Positions 9,760-19,253 of a stretch of DNA of 64,000 bases are shown here, one piece after another (the first letter of the stretch is position 1; every line of letters begins with the position of its first letter). This DNA is from a virus. Taxonomy: Duplodnaviria > Caudoviricetes. The DNA lies in the IMG/VR virus record IMGVR_UViG_3300025601_000007; one strand, written 5' to 3'. The notes below the pieces were generated by a model. The model was not told the origin of the DNA, searched no databases, and worked only from the letters and a program-made list of their open reading frames with translations. A program made the translations under genes and the position numbers.

Positions 9760-10395
9760 TTATGTTGTTTCATTCTTTTTTAAAACCACCTTAAAAGTGT
9801 TGTTTTTGTTTTCTTTGTGAAAAATTTCATAACCTAAAGATTTGTTAGATTCATAAAAATCTTTCCACTCTGACTCTGTTTTTATGTTTATATGAACATT
9901 ATCAAATCCGTTCTGCCTTGATATACCATCTAAATGAGCTGTCCCCATTGCGTTGGCATGAAATACCCATTTACTAGTTACTCTAAGTTCTTCCTTAAGT
10001 GTTTCTAGCTCCCATTTAACTGGAACATGTTCCATTCCATCTAAATGCTGCACAATGTCATAGGAATCATTTTCCATATCTATTTTATGACAGCTCATGT
10101 GAAATGCATTTATACCTTCTTTTTTAAGTTCTTTTACAACCCAGTCAGAGATATCTATACCAGCATACTTCACCCCTTCTTTGTGTAGGTGTTTAACTAT
10201 TTCACCACTACCTAATCCTACCTCCAGGATACTAGCTCCCTTACTGTATTCTTCCTGCCATATTTTATGAAATTTATCTGAGTCGTTTAAAAGAAGATTT
10301 AGCTGTCTACCATACCCTGTTTGGCTTTCATGAAGCCCTGTGTATTGGTGAATAGAGTTGTATTTATCTTGCTCATGCTTGAATAAGTCAGTCAT
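9760..10395 (-). CDS. Class I SAM-dependent methyltransferase
   Basis: ILEVGLGSG, GIDIS, DGMEHVP. Confidence 0.85.
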   Translation of the reverse strand: MTDLFKHEQDKYNSIHQYTGLHESQTGYGRQLNLLLNDSDKFHKIWQEEYSKGASILEVGLGSGEIVKHLHKEGVKYAGIDISDWVVKELKKEGINAFHMSCHKIDMENDSYDIVQHLDGMEHVPVKWELETLKEELRVTSKWVFHANAMGTAHLDGISRQNGFDNVHINIKTESEWKDFYESNKSLGYEIFHKENKNNTFKVVLKKNETT

Positions 10396-11041
10396 TTTGT
10401 TTTTTTTGTTGTATTAAAGTTTCTATCATAAACCAATCTTCTGGTTCATCTATTTCTAAATAAGTTTCTGGCGAACACTCTACCATACCAACTTTTCCGT
10501 AAAGCCTGCATGAATTTTCGATTACACCTTTTGCTCTTGAGATATAAAAAGCTCCATTTTCAACTAAAAACCCATCCCACTCTTGTCTTCTAGGGCGCTT
10601 ATGAATATTATATGTAGGCGTCCCGTCTTCGTTCCATATAAATCTTTTTTGCCTAACGACACTTAAAGATGAATCATAGCCTTCGTTTAGCACTTGCTTA
10701 ATTCCTGTATCCAATTCTTCTACATCCACAAGCGGAGATGTAGCTTGTATAAAAACTATAACATCTTCTGGTTGTATGGTTTTAGCAAATTCAATAAGCA
10801 CGATTTCACTAGAAGCTTCATCAGTAGAAGATTCTTTTGACCTAGAAAACATTTCAGCGCCTTTACATTTCTGGAATATATCATCCAAATCTGTTGCTAC
10901 GATTACACTATTTACCAAGGTAGACTTATTTGCTGTGTCAATAGACCATTGTAATAGAGGTTTACCATTTATGAGCTTTATGTTTTTTTGTGGTATACTC
11001 TTACTCCCTGAACGTGCTGGTATAAATGCGTAAATATTCAT
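10388..11041 (-). CDS. neuA: CMP-nonulosonate (acylneuraminate) cytidylyltransferase
   Basis: IPARSGSKSIPQKNIK, QATSPL, ENGAFY, EIDEPEDW. Confidence 0.92.
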   Translation of the reverse strand: MNIYAFIPARSGSKSIPQKNIKLINGKPLLQWSIDTANKSTLVNSVIVATDLDDIFQKCKGAEMFSRSKESSTDEASSEIVLIEFAKTIQPEDVIVFIQATSPLVDVEELDTGIKQVLNEGYDSSLSVVRQKRFIWNEDGTPTYNIHKRPRRQEWDGFLVENGAFYISRAKGVIENSCRLYGKVGMVECSPETYLEIDEPEDWFMIETLIQQKKQND

Positions 11042-11044
11042 AAA

Positions 11045-11740
11045 TTAAAAATAATATTGTGTAATAGCTTTTCTTTCATCTGCTTCAATTACTTTCCCCC
11101 TATGAATATAAGTGGTATCCGCTAATATAACAGTTCCTTTAGGCCCTGTTATGTTAACAAGCTCACAAGATTTATTTGTTTCAACTATACTATCTACAAC
11201 ATCGTCTGCATATCTAGTATTATAAGATGCAGTTCTAGGAGTGGGGTATCCTATGTGTCGTTTAGAAGAATTAGTAATCCATTGAAAATTTCCTTGAGAC
11301 TCGTCAACATCAGTAAGGTACATGATAGATTTAAACTGGCAATCATGGTTGTCTCTGTGCCACCCTCCTCCGCTACTGTTAGTGACTCCTTTTTTAAATT
11401 TTAATTGATTTATCAATGTTTTTTTTAAATTACCAGCCCTGCTTGTATAAGAGTTGCTTAATTTATTTAAAAGAGCATGGTCAGCATAGTTGTCTTTTAT
11501 AAAAGGAGAAAGTTTTTGTGCATGAAAAATACGTTCGTCCTTAGAGCAGTCTTCTTTATCTAAAACATCTATAAGATTCTTGTGTTCGATAAAAATCCTG
11601 TCGAATTCTGATGCAATATCGTCAACAACCTCGCTTGTGAATAGGTTTTTAATTATTACTATACCATCATTATTAAGCGCTTGTAAAAAAACGTCATGAG
11701 AGTTTTGAATAGAAAAATCTATAGCTTGTATTTGTTCCAT
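11045..11740 (-). CDS. 2OG-Fe(II) dioxygenase, PhyH family
   Basis: WHRD (HxD), YLTDVDESQG and IHRG distal His. Confidence 0.8.
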   Translation of the reverse strand: MEQIQAIDFSIQNSHDVFLQALNNDGIVIIKNLFTSEVVDDIASEFDRIFIEHKNLIDVLDKEDCSKDERIFHAQKLSPFIKDNYADHALLNKLSNSYTSRAGNLKKTLINQLKFKKGVTNSSGGGWHRDNHDCQFKSIMYLTDVDESQGNFQWITNSSKRHIGYPTPRTASYNTRYADDVVDSIVETNKSCELVNITGPKGTVILADTTYIHRGKVIEADERKAITQYYF

Positions 11741-11744
11741 ATAA

Positions 11745-13643
11745 TTATAAAATGTTTTTATATTCGTGTAATAGTTTCAAAGCTTTATATGCTCCAGCGC
11801 TTTTATGGAGGTGTCCACTCCATATTTCTGTCACCCAAGAAAAGTTAAAACCTTCCATCTCCTTAATTAGAAGAGGAAAGTTGATGTCCCCAAGGCCTAT
11901 TTGCACACCTTCTCCGTTAATTCCGAGAGCATCTGATATGTGCAAATGCTTAGCAATAGGCATTACAGTTTTTGTGTATTCAATCAAGTCTTTACCATGC
12001 TCTGCGCAATAAAGTTGAGCATGGCAAACATCATATGTCATACCAAGATTGTAGTGGTCGCAGAACATTCGCATATCTTCTGCTGACGCAAATCCATGCT
12101 GGTACCATTCTCCTCCTAAGTACCAGGGTCTTGATGGTAAGTTTTCAGGCATAATATCTACAACATCTTTGTATACATCAAACTCTCTGAAGTTTTTTAT
12201 AGCATTTTCCATCATCTCGGTCGTATCATCCATCTTGCGAATGTTTAACGACATACCGCCTAAGTGGACGACAATTCTAGGCTTTGTAGATGGAAAGTGC
12301 TTATGTAAAAGCAGTGTCTTGCTTATTGTTTTATGCAGAATATCTTGCGACCGTTTTACTTTATCTAAATCGTTAGAACAAATGTCAAATAGCTCTCTGT
12401 CAAATATTTCTGGAGCATGAACTATTAGCTGATGAGGATTAGGGGTTATTTCAGGTTTGAAATCAATGTCTAAATCGTTTTGAGAACAGTGGAATTCGAC
12501 AACTGGAGCAGGTAATGTATCATATGTCTCAAAGTCGTGAAATCTACATTTAAAACCCCAATTATTTGAATATTCGAAATTCTCCCAATCTGCTACCTCT
12601 ATTATATCTTCAAAATTATACTTCGTTATATATTGCTCTTTATTTACAGAGTTGTTCAACACTTTCCCATAATAGCTTTTTATCTCATGAGGGAATATTC
12701 CTTTTCCTGGGGATTTAAACACAACATCTTCTTTTGTGAGAACATGTCCTGGTAGTAATTCTGTTTTTGCTACGGCTGATTTGGCAAACAATTCTTTGTT
12801 CAGGGTTTCAGCTTGGTTTACCTCTTTCTTATTTCCTATTGACAACTCAAGCATTCGAATATTGTGAACCATAGTCTTCCACTCTTCTGGAAGCATTGAT
12901 GCCTTGTGGTCAGGGCCTTTGCTTAAAGTGTCAAAAGTTATATGTTTTTCTATTATTCTGCACCCCAAGCTAACCGCTGCGATAGGAATAAAAATTCCTC
13001 TTTCATGACCAGAGAACCCTACAACTTTGGAGTATTTTTTCAATTTCTGTATAAATCCTAAATTCAAAGATTCATATGGTGATGGATATGTAGATTGAGT
13101 ATGAAGAAGTATGTATTTTATCTTTTTATCTGAAAAAATAGTTGCACATGTAGAAATGTCTTCTTCGCTCCACATTCCTGTTGATATAATAACAGGTAAA
13201 TTATAAGTAGCACACTTTTCTATTAATGGAATATTTGTCATATCCGCTGATGATATTTTAAAAGCAGTAACACCTATGTCTGCACAAAAAACAACTGAAT
13301 TTTCATCAAAAGGGGTTATGATAAGGTCAAGCTCTAGCTCATCACACAGTTTTCTAATTTGTAAATAGTCACTTTTTGACAACTCAGTTTCTTTTAAAAG
13401 CGGAATTAGGTAGTCAAAGCTCCATTCAGAGTTGTTTGAGTCCTCAAGCACATCTGAGCTGTATATGCTTGGTAAATCTCTTTTTTGAAACTTTACTGCA
13501 TCAACTCCAGAATCTTTTGCAGCGTGTATTAGTTTTATAGCTTGAGAAATGTCCCCATTGTGATTTATCCCTATTTCACATATAATGTAAGTTGAGTCTG
13601 ATTTACCCTCAAGTATATTATCTATTTTATTGGTTCTATACAT
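11745..13643 (-). CDS. neuB: Nonulosonic acid synthase (NeuB/SpsE) with SAF domain and C-terminal TIM-barrel domain
   Basis: EIGINHNG, DAVKFQKR, HTQSTYP, GFSGHE, IIEKHIT, GPDHKAS; C-terminal ENLP...YDVCHA..HLHISD. Confidence 0.92.
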   Translation of the reverse strand: MYRTNKIDNILEGKSDSTYIICEIGINHNGDISQAIKLIHAAKDSGVDAVKFQKRDLPSIYSSDVLEDSNNSEWSFDYLIPLLKETELSKSDYLQIRKLCDELELDLIITPFDENSVVFCADIGVTAFKISSADMTNIPLIEKCATYNLPVIISTGMWSEEDISTCATIFSDKKIKYILLHTQSTYPSPYESLNLGFIQKLKKYSKVVGFSGHERGIFIPIAAVSLGCRIIEKHITFDTLSKGPDHKASMLPEEWKTMVHNIRMLELSIGNKKEVNQAETLNKELFAKSAVAKTELLPGHVLTKEDVVFKSPGKGIFPHEIKSYYGKVLNNSVNKEQYITKYNFEDIIEVADWENFEYSNNWGFKCRFHDFETYDTLPAPVVEFHCSQNDLDIDFKPEITPNPHQLIVHAPEIFDRELFDICSNDLDKVKRSQDILHKTISKTLLLHKHFPSTKPRIVVHLGGMSLNIRKMDDTTEMMENAIKNFREFDVYKDVVDIMPENLPSRPWYLGGEWYQHGFASAEDMRMFCDHYNLGMTYDVCHAQLYCAEHGKDLIEYTKTVMPIAKHLHISDALGINGEGVQIGLGDINFPLLIKEMEGFNFSWVTEIWSGHLHKSAGAYKALKLLHEYKNIL

Positions 13644-14559
13644 TGTTTCTCCAGAATTTTAATGTGTCTTTTATAGTTTCTACTAGAGTGTATCTAAATT
13701 TAAAACCTAACTCTATTATTTTTCTATTATCTGAAAGAAGAATGTTGTTTAACTTATTTCTTTCATTGATTGTCTGACGATTAACTATCTTTACCGCTGT
13801 TGTTACGCCAGATTCTTTTATAGCTGTGTCTAGTAAATGCTGTATTCGTGTAATATTTCCAGAACCAATGTTATAAACCTCTCCTGTGTTTCCTTTCTCA
13901 AAAATTAGTTTATACGCCCTAGCTGCGTCTCTACCATCAATAAAATCCCTTTGACAGGAGAGGTCTCCAACGTTTAAAACAGCCTCAGCTCCTCTTTCTA
14001 TTTCAATCAACCTTGAAGCAAATGCAGATAGCACAAAAGACTTTCTCTGCCAAGGCCCTATAGCATTAAACTGTCGTACATAAACAATCGGAAGCCCTTT
14101 GCTATAGTAATACATAGAAGTGTTGTATAGAAACACTTTACTTAGCCCGTATATAGAGGAAGGGTATAAAGAACTTTCTTCTTTTAACGCTTCTGAACCT
14201 TTCGCATATTCTGCTGCTGAGCCAATGATTATTATTTTCTCAAGAGACTTTAGGTTCTTTAAATTTTCATATAATTGCTCCAAGGCAACAGCTATGGGAG
14301 TGACATTTTCTTTAATTGACTGATTAATCGTGTTGTTGTCTTTTACTAATGAATTTCCCTTGGCAAAAAGAATGTAATTAGGCTGAAATTCCAGCGCATA
14401 GTCATAAATGTTTTTTGAAACCTTCTCTTGCCTGCATTTAAATTTAGGCAAATCATGGTTATGATACAGTACAAACACTTCGTTTTTTGAGTTTGAAAAA
14501 ACATCACTAACATGTCTTGATAAAAAACCTGAACCAATTATAAGGATTTTTTTATTCAT
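13636..14559 (-). CDS. NAD-dependent epimerase/reductase (extended SDR, RMD-like)
   Basis: IIGSGFL, GSAAEY, YGLSK, RQFNAIGP, RDFIDGRD. Confidence 0.85.
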   Translation of the reverse strand: MNKKILIIGSGFLSRHVSDVFSNSKNEVFVLYHNHDLPKFKCRQEKVSKNIYDYALEFQPNYILFAKGNSLVKDNNTINQSIKENVTPIAVALEQLYENLKNLKSLEKIIIIGSAAEYAKGSEALKEESSLYPSSIYGLSKVFLYNTSMYYYSKGLPIVYVRQFNAIGPWQRKSFVLSAFASRLIEIERGAEAVLNVGDLSCQRDFIDGRDAARAYKLIFEKGNTGEVYNIGSGNITRIQHLLDTAIKESGVTTAVKIVNRQTINERNKLNNILLSDNRKIIELGFKFRYTLVETIKDTLKFWRNNV

Positions 14560-15280
14560 ATTTTATTTTTTCACTCCAATCACTTTCTGGAATGGCATAT
14601 GCCATTCCAGAAAGTGTAACTTCATTGTACAAGTTGGTTAATAATTTTAAAGACTCTTCTTTAGGGCGAATCAAGGAGCAGTCAAGCTTCATTTTCTCAG
14701 TGTCGATTATACTGCAGAAAGTTGCATCAATCAAATCTTTATCATGTAAGTATTTGATTAATGAAATTTCTACATTAGCATTGTGCATTGTTTTGTTGAT
14801 GGATAATTTATTGATTTGGTGGTTTTCATTTTCTTCTGTTTTTATAGAAAACCCTATTATAAAAGGCTTTACACCGCAATTTATAGATTGAGTTATATAT
14901 GAAAATCCGCACCTGAGTTCAAAGTCTATTTTTATCGGTATTTTATTTTTAGTTATTATCTGTCGCATAAAACTTGTATTATTGGAAGGATATGTTACAA
15001 AACTGCTTTTTGTTTCATGAATGTATTCTTTAAAAGAATCTATCACCTCTTTATTTACGATTGAATCATACACAGAGAAGTCTTTATCTAGATAATGCTT
15101 ATACACATGACAGTTCAGCACTTGAACACTAGATTCCCTTGTTCCATATCCAACATTATTCATTAACATGTTATTTCTAACTATTTCTTCAAAAGAGTCA
15201 ACAATACAGTTTAATGATTTTTTATAATGCTTTGACCCGCATATAATCGTTGCATTTTTTTGTAAAATTAAATCAGACAT
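14552..15280 (-). CDS. GT29-like sialyltransferase
   Basis: Sialylmotif-L-like ATIICGS...IVDSFEEIVRNN...GYGTR; S-like CGFSYITQSINCGVKPFIIGF; VS-like HNANVE..IKYL. Confidence 0.6.
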   Translation of the reverse strand: MSDLILQKNATIICGSKHYKKSLNCIVDSFEEIVRNNMLMNNVGYGTRESSVQVLNCHVYKHYLDKDFSVYDSIVNKEVIDSFKEYIHETKSSFVTYPSNNTSFMRQIITKNKIPIKIDFELRCGFSYITQSINCGVKPFIIGFSIKTEENENHQINKLSINKTMHNANVEISLIKYLHDKDLIDATFCSIIDTEKMKLDCSLIRPKEESLKLLTNLYNEVTLSGMAYAIPESDWSEKIKYE

Positions 15281-16253
15281 GATTCGTTTTTTTTAAACTA
15301 AGCTTTGATGCGAGTTTTTCTACTATTTGCTTCACTTTTTTGCGCTGCTCTGTTGTTGCCAGCGGGAATGGTGCGCGAGTACAAGGTGCTTGTAGTCCCA
15401 TTTCTTGCAGCGCCGTCCTAAAGCCTAAGTGCCATCCTATATTCATAAGAGCTTCAAAGCCCTCAGCCTCGCGAGCTAGGTAGTAACGAGTTGATAAACC
15501 TTGCTGTTTAAGGTCTAAGTAGTTTATAGCATATTCTGGAAAAAGGCTTCCTATACCAGTTAAGAATGAGCATGCTCCATTATCATGTTGCATTTCAAAC
15601 CTGCTCATAGAGCCTTCTGCTAATATTATCGCAAACTCTTCTGTTTTAACATCTTCAATTACTTGAGTAGCTTTCGCCATGTGAGAACTTTCCTCTTTCA
15701 TCCCAATGATGTTCGGGTGAGAAGCTATTTCGTTAATCAAGTTGGCTTCAAAATCTACTGAGTAACCATGTTTTGCATGCTTCATCGGTTTCCCGTCAAA
15801 CAAGCAAGGTCTTTGAGCGTGGTCAGTTAGCTCAAAGAAATAGTCCATAACTATGGCATCGTCGTAATACCTCTCTGGATAAAGCCACATGTAATAAACC
15901 TTGTCCAAGTGGTCTGCTGCAATTCTTTCAAACTCCTCTACAAACTTCTTTGCAGTTCTGGTGTCATACGCAGGGACTCCAACGACCACTTTGCCAGGAA
16001 AATTCTCAACCACAATGCGATTGAACTGCAATATCTCTGAGAACCCTAAAAGATTGTATGCAGATGTTCCCGCTGTCGTCATTACAATTTTAGCTTGTTT
16101 AGAGGCGAGGTGCTGAACATATAACCCAATTTGGGGTAAATCGAGCTCGTTTCCGTGTTTCGCTCCATCATCTCCCAAATAGGTGTCAGTAAATGCTGGT
16201 GGGATTGGGAATATAGGTGTTGAAAATATTTCTTTATGTTGCTTTTTTTCCAT
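15273..16253 (-). CDS. DapA/NanA-family class I aldolase
   Basis: TAGTS motif and Schiff-base lysine in IIGMKEES. Confidence 0.85.
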   Translation of the reverse strand: MEKKQHKEIFSTPIFPIPPAFTDTYLGDDGAKHGNELDLPQIGLYVQHLASKQAKIVMTTAGTSAYNLLGFSEILQFNRIVVENFPGKVVVGVPAYDTRTAKKFVEEFERIAADHLDKVYYMWLYPERYYDDAIVMDYFFELTDHAQRPCLFDGKPMKHAKHGYSVDFEANLINEIASHPNIIGMKEESSHMAKATQVIEDVKTEEFAIILAEGSMSRFEMQHDNGACSFLTGIGSLFPEYAINYLDLKQQGLSTRYYLAREAEGFEALMNIGWHLGFRTALQEMGLQAPCTRAPFPLATTEQRKKVKQIVEKLASKLSLKKTNHV

Positions 16254-16267
16254 TTTAACAGTTGTTG

Positions 16268-16604
16268 TCAGTATAATATATTTACTTTTCCTGACTTTTT
16301 CAAGTATAATAGGAATTCTCGTTCTCTATTGCAGCTGTGACAAGACTCGTTTAGGTCTCTATCTTAAAGGTAATGCGTGATTACAGCTCCTTCATTTACG
16401 CTGAACCCGTAAAGGCTTAGTACTATTCCAGGCTCTACGCAAGCATAAACCATCATAATTCCAACAGTGGAAATTTTATTATTTTCAGGGATGCGAGCAC
16501 AGCCTCTATTGAGATATCCGACATCAAATTTATTTACATTTGAACTGCTGCCTACGATTGCGACATTCGTGTGTGAGTAAACTTTAGGATTGGTCCATTT
16601 TCAT
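16268..16604 (-). pseudogene. Decayed GT29-like sialyltransferase
   Basis: Frame reads ..NVAIVGSSS...STVGIMMVYACVEPGIVLSLYGF...THYL*D...HSCNRE.FL.YLKKSGKV. Lesions: ATG 16604 out of frame by one A, in-frame TAA at 16366-16364, shortened L-to-S interval. Confidence 0.65.
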
Positions 16605-16906
16605 ATCCATTCACCATTTTCCCAAGACCTAGCATTAATAGCTTTATCATCAATAAAAACATCAAAAGGAGGCTTGTCCAATCTTAAATAATGATATTTA
16701 AGACCTGCTTCGTCAAGCTGTTTCTCCGTCAAGTCTCTCCAATCTATCCCTGTCTTTGCTCCACGCGCTGTCCACACAGTGATGGTGTGGCCTTGGTCAA
16801 ATAGTACGTTGATTTTATTGATATTTTCTGATATAGACGTAGCTCCTTCGTAATCCATACCTTCTGTTTTCATCAGAGTCTCATCTATATCTACATAAAC
16901 ATCCAT
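16601..16906 (-). CDS. Small HAD phosphatase (capsule-biosynthesis type)
   Basis: DIDETL, WTARG, KPPFDVFIDDK. Confidence 0.85.
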   Translation of the reverse strand: MDVYVDIDETLMKTEGMDYEGATSISENINKINVLFDQGHTITVWTARGAKTGIDWRDLTEKQLDEAGLKYHYLRLDKPPFDVFIDDKAINARSWENGEWI

Positions 16907-16981
16907 TGTTGTATTATTTTTTTATTGTAAGTCTATTTCTGTATTTATAATTTTTTGCGCTCTCGTATGTAAAACACTTTA

Positions 16982-18142
16982 TTAACCGTTATCTGCGTAA
17001 AAATCTTTAATAATGTTGACAACAAACTCAACTTGCTCTTCGTTCATAAAAGGGTGCATTGGGAGGCTTAGTATAGATTTTGAGTTTTTCTCAGTGTTAT
17101 TGTTTTCATACCCAAAAACCAACCCTTTATTGCAGACGCTGCTTTGAATGGAAATTGGGTAATGGATTACTGTGTGAACGCCATTTTCTATTAAGTGTTT
17201 TTGGAGTTCTTCTCTGTTTTCAACTCTCAAGCAATAGATGTGAAACACTTGTTCTTCTGAATATTCAGCTTCGATAGGTAGTTTTATCTGCTTGACATCT
17301 TTAAGTTTTTCACTGTAAAGAGCAGCGATAGAGCGGCGTTGAGAATTCCACTGGTCTAAGTGAGTTAATTTCTCTTTTAAAAAAATAGCTTGGATACTGT
17401 CCATCCTATTATTCCATCCATCAACAATATGTTCATATTTTTTTATACTACCTAAATTTCTGAGAGCAAGAAGCCTTGTTCGATACTCCTCGATATTAGT
17501 AGTAATAACTCCAGCGTCTCCTATGGCTCCTAAATTCTTTCCAGGGTAGCAACTATATACACAAAGGTCTCCATATTGTCCAACCATTTTCCCTTCGCTT
17601 GTTCGAGCTCCATGAGCTTGAGATGCATCTTCAATCACATAACATTTAAACTTTGATGCAATGCGCGAAACTTCTTTCATATCAGATACGTGTCCATATA
17701 GGTGGACGGGCAATAAAACAATGTTGTCAAAATCTTTTCGACGGTTTTCTAGGTGGGTTTCTAAAAGTTTTGTGTCTATTTGAAAATAATCATCATGGTC
17801 AATAAGCTCTATATCAAAATCTCCGTGTTGATATTTAACAGAGTAGATATCAGCAATATATCCATTTGCTGGCATTATCACTTGAGTCCGACCTTTGAGC
17901 TCAAGTGCTTGAAGAGCTAATTTAAGGCCGTCTGTGCCATTAGAGCACCCGATAGCATAGTTTGTACTGGTATACTCTGCAAACGCTTCTTCAAAAGCCT
18001 CCACTTCGCCTCCGCCGATGTAGTAGCCTTTTTGAAAAAATGCATCCAACTTTGGTTGAACCACATCTTTAATTGCATCCCACTGCGCTCCTAAGTTATT
18101 GAAATCAACTTTAACTTGTTTTCGTACTTTTCCTTTGCTCAT
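16982..18142 (-). CDS. PLP-dependent sugar aminotransferase (DegT/DnrJ, FdtB-like)
   Basis: SNGTDGL, PVHLYG, EDASQAHG, SCYPGKNLGAIGDAG, NNRMD. Confidence 0.92.
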   Translation of the reverse strand: MSKGKVRKQVKVDFNNLGAQWDAIKDVVQPKLDAFFQKGYYIGGGEVEAFEEAFAEYTSTNYAIGCSNGTDGLKLALQALELKGRTQVIMPANGYIADIYSVKYQHGDFDIELIDHDDYFQIDTKLLETHLENRRKDFDNIVLLPVHLYGHVSDMKEVSRIASKFKCYVIEDASQAHGARTSEGKMVGQYGDLCVYSCYPGKNLGAIGDAGVITTNIEEYRTRLLALRNLGSIKKYEHIVDGWNNRMDSIQAIFLKEKLTHLDQWNSQRRSIAALYSEKLKDVKQIKLPIEAEYSEEQVFHIYCLRVENREELQKHLIENGVHTVIHYPISIQSSVCNKGLVFGYENNNTEKNSKSILSLPMHPFMNEEQVEFVVNIIKDFYADNG

Positions 18143-18306
18143 TGTTCTAGAATTTTTAATGTTGTTTTCGTTAGATGATGTTGTTTATCCATGTCTTCTT
18201 TTGTCATTCTAAAAAATGCTTGGATAGAATTTTCTAAAGGAGAAGATTTGGCGTCTGATGTAATGATGTTCGACTTATTTTTCCTTTTTACTACTTTCGT
18301 TGTCAT
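18139..18306 (-). CDS. Small hypothetical protein
   Basis: 55-aa ORF with stop/start overlaps at both ends. Confidence 0.5.
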   Translation of the reverse strand: MTTKVVKRKNKSNIITSDAKSSPLENSIQAFFRMTKEDMDKQHHLTKTTLKILEQ

Positions 18307-19253
18307 TATACGTCGGCTGTTTGGCATTCTAATTCTAAAATAAAGTTAGACAACCATCCCCAGGGAGCCAAATATTTTTCCCACAATTGTCTATTATATG
18401 TTTGTAATTTTGTAATTACGAATCTATTTCGTTCCATCCAAGCATCGATATGCTCAGCAATGTTTGGTAGCTCGCTTTCTGGTATAATGATGGCGCAGTC
18501 CTTGTAATTGATTTGGTCTTCGAATGGTAATATTTGGTCGGAATCTATTATTAAAGGAATTCGGCCCATCATCATTGTTTCGTAGAGTCTATAGGAGAAG
18601 TTTCCTGCGCCTCTTGCACAGAGAATAAACACGTTGTTTCGAAGATTGTCTATGAATTCTCTTCGGGCCTGACCCTTGGGGAGCTCTGGTGCCCAGAATC
18701 CTTTTCTCAGAATGAAATCTGTTTCTAGAATGGTTTGTTTTCTGAGTTTTTGTATAGCTTTTCTTCTCACGGGGATAAACGCTTGGCCACAGAATCCAAC
18801 AGACAACTGTTTATTTGGGTTATCGATTATCTTCGATTGGTCGTAAAAATCTCCTGTGAACGCTGGAAATGCATATTCATTCTCTTTTCGGTCTCTGGTG
18901 TTGAATGATGTTCGAAACACATAACCTTGTTCTGGCCTAACATTTATTGGGTTTTCATCGTCATCGTTGTAAATCACAATTATCTTCTTCCCTGCGTCGT
19001 TTGCTTCTTTGATTAACTCTTTGGTCTGAAGGGTGTCTTCATATTTATAAGGAAGGACTGCATAGTCACAATCCTTCAAAGATGCGTATTGAATGATGGA
19101 GTCCCCGCTGGACATTACTCTTGAGAATCTGTCGTTGTGAAGTGGCTCCTGGGGCCAGTTTGATGTATCCTCAAAAGGCATACAGAAGATGGTCTCGGTC
19201 ATCCCTCCATCTTTTCCTTTGAAAGCTTTTTTGTTGTAGTATATTTTGGTCAT
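18306..19253 (-). CDS. Exostosin-family glycosyltransferase (GT47-like)
   Basis: FILCARGAGNFSYRLYETMMMGRIPLII...LPFEDQINY. Confidence 0.85.
   Translation of the reverse strand: MTKIYYNKKAFKGKDGGMTETIFCMPFEDTSNWPQEPLHNDRFSRVMSSGDSIIQYASLKDCDYAVLPYKYEDTLQTKELIKEANDAGKKIIVIYNDDDENPINVRPEQGYVFRTSFNTRDRKENEYAFPAFTGDFYDQSKIIDNPNKQLSVGFCGQAFIPVRRKAIQKLRKQTILETDFILRKGFWAPELPKGQARREFIDNLRNNVFILCARGAGNFSYRLYETMMMGRIPLIIDSDQILPFEDQINYKDCAIIIPESELPNIAEHIDAWMERNRFVITKLQTYNRQLWEKYLAPWGWLSNFILELECQTADV

Noticed and set aside
16598-16603. TGA read-through fusing the HAD phosphatase to the GT29-like frame
   Set aside because: The frames match, but the downstream frame also has an internal TAA and a deletion. 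A 1-nt insertion after an overlapping ATG is the simpler explanation.
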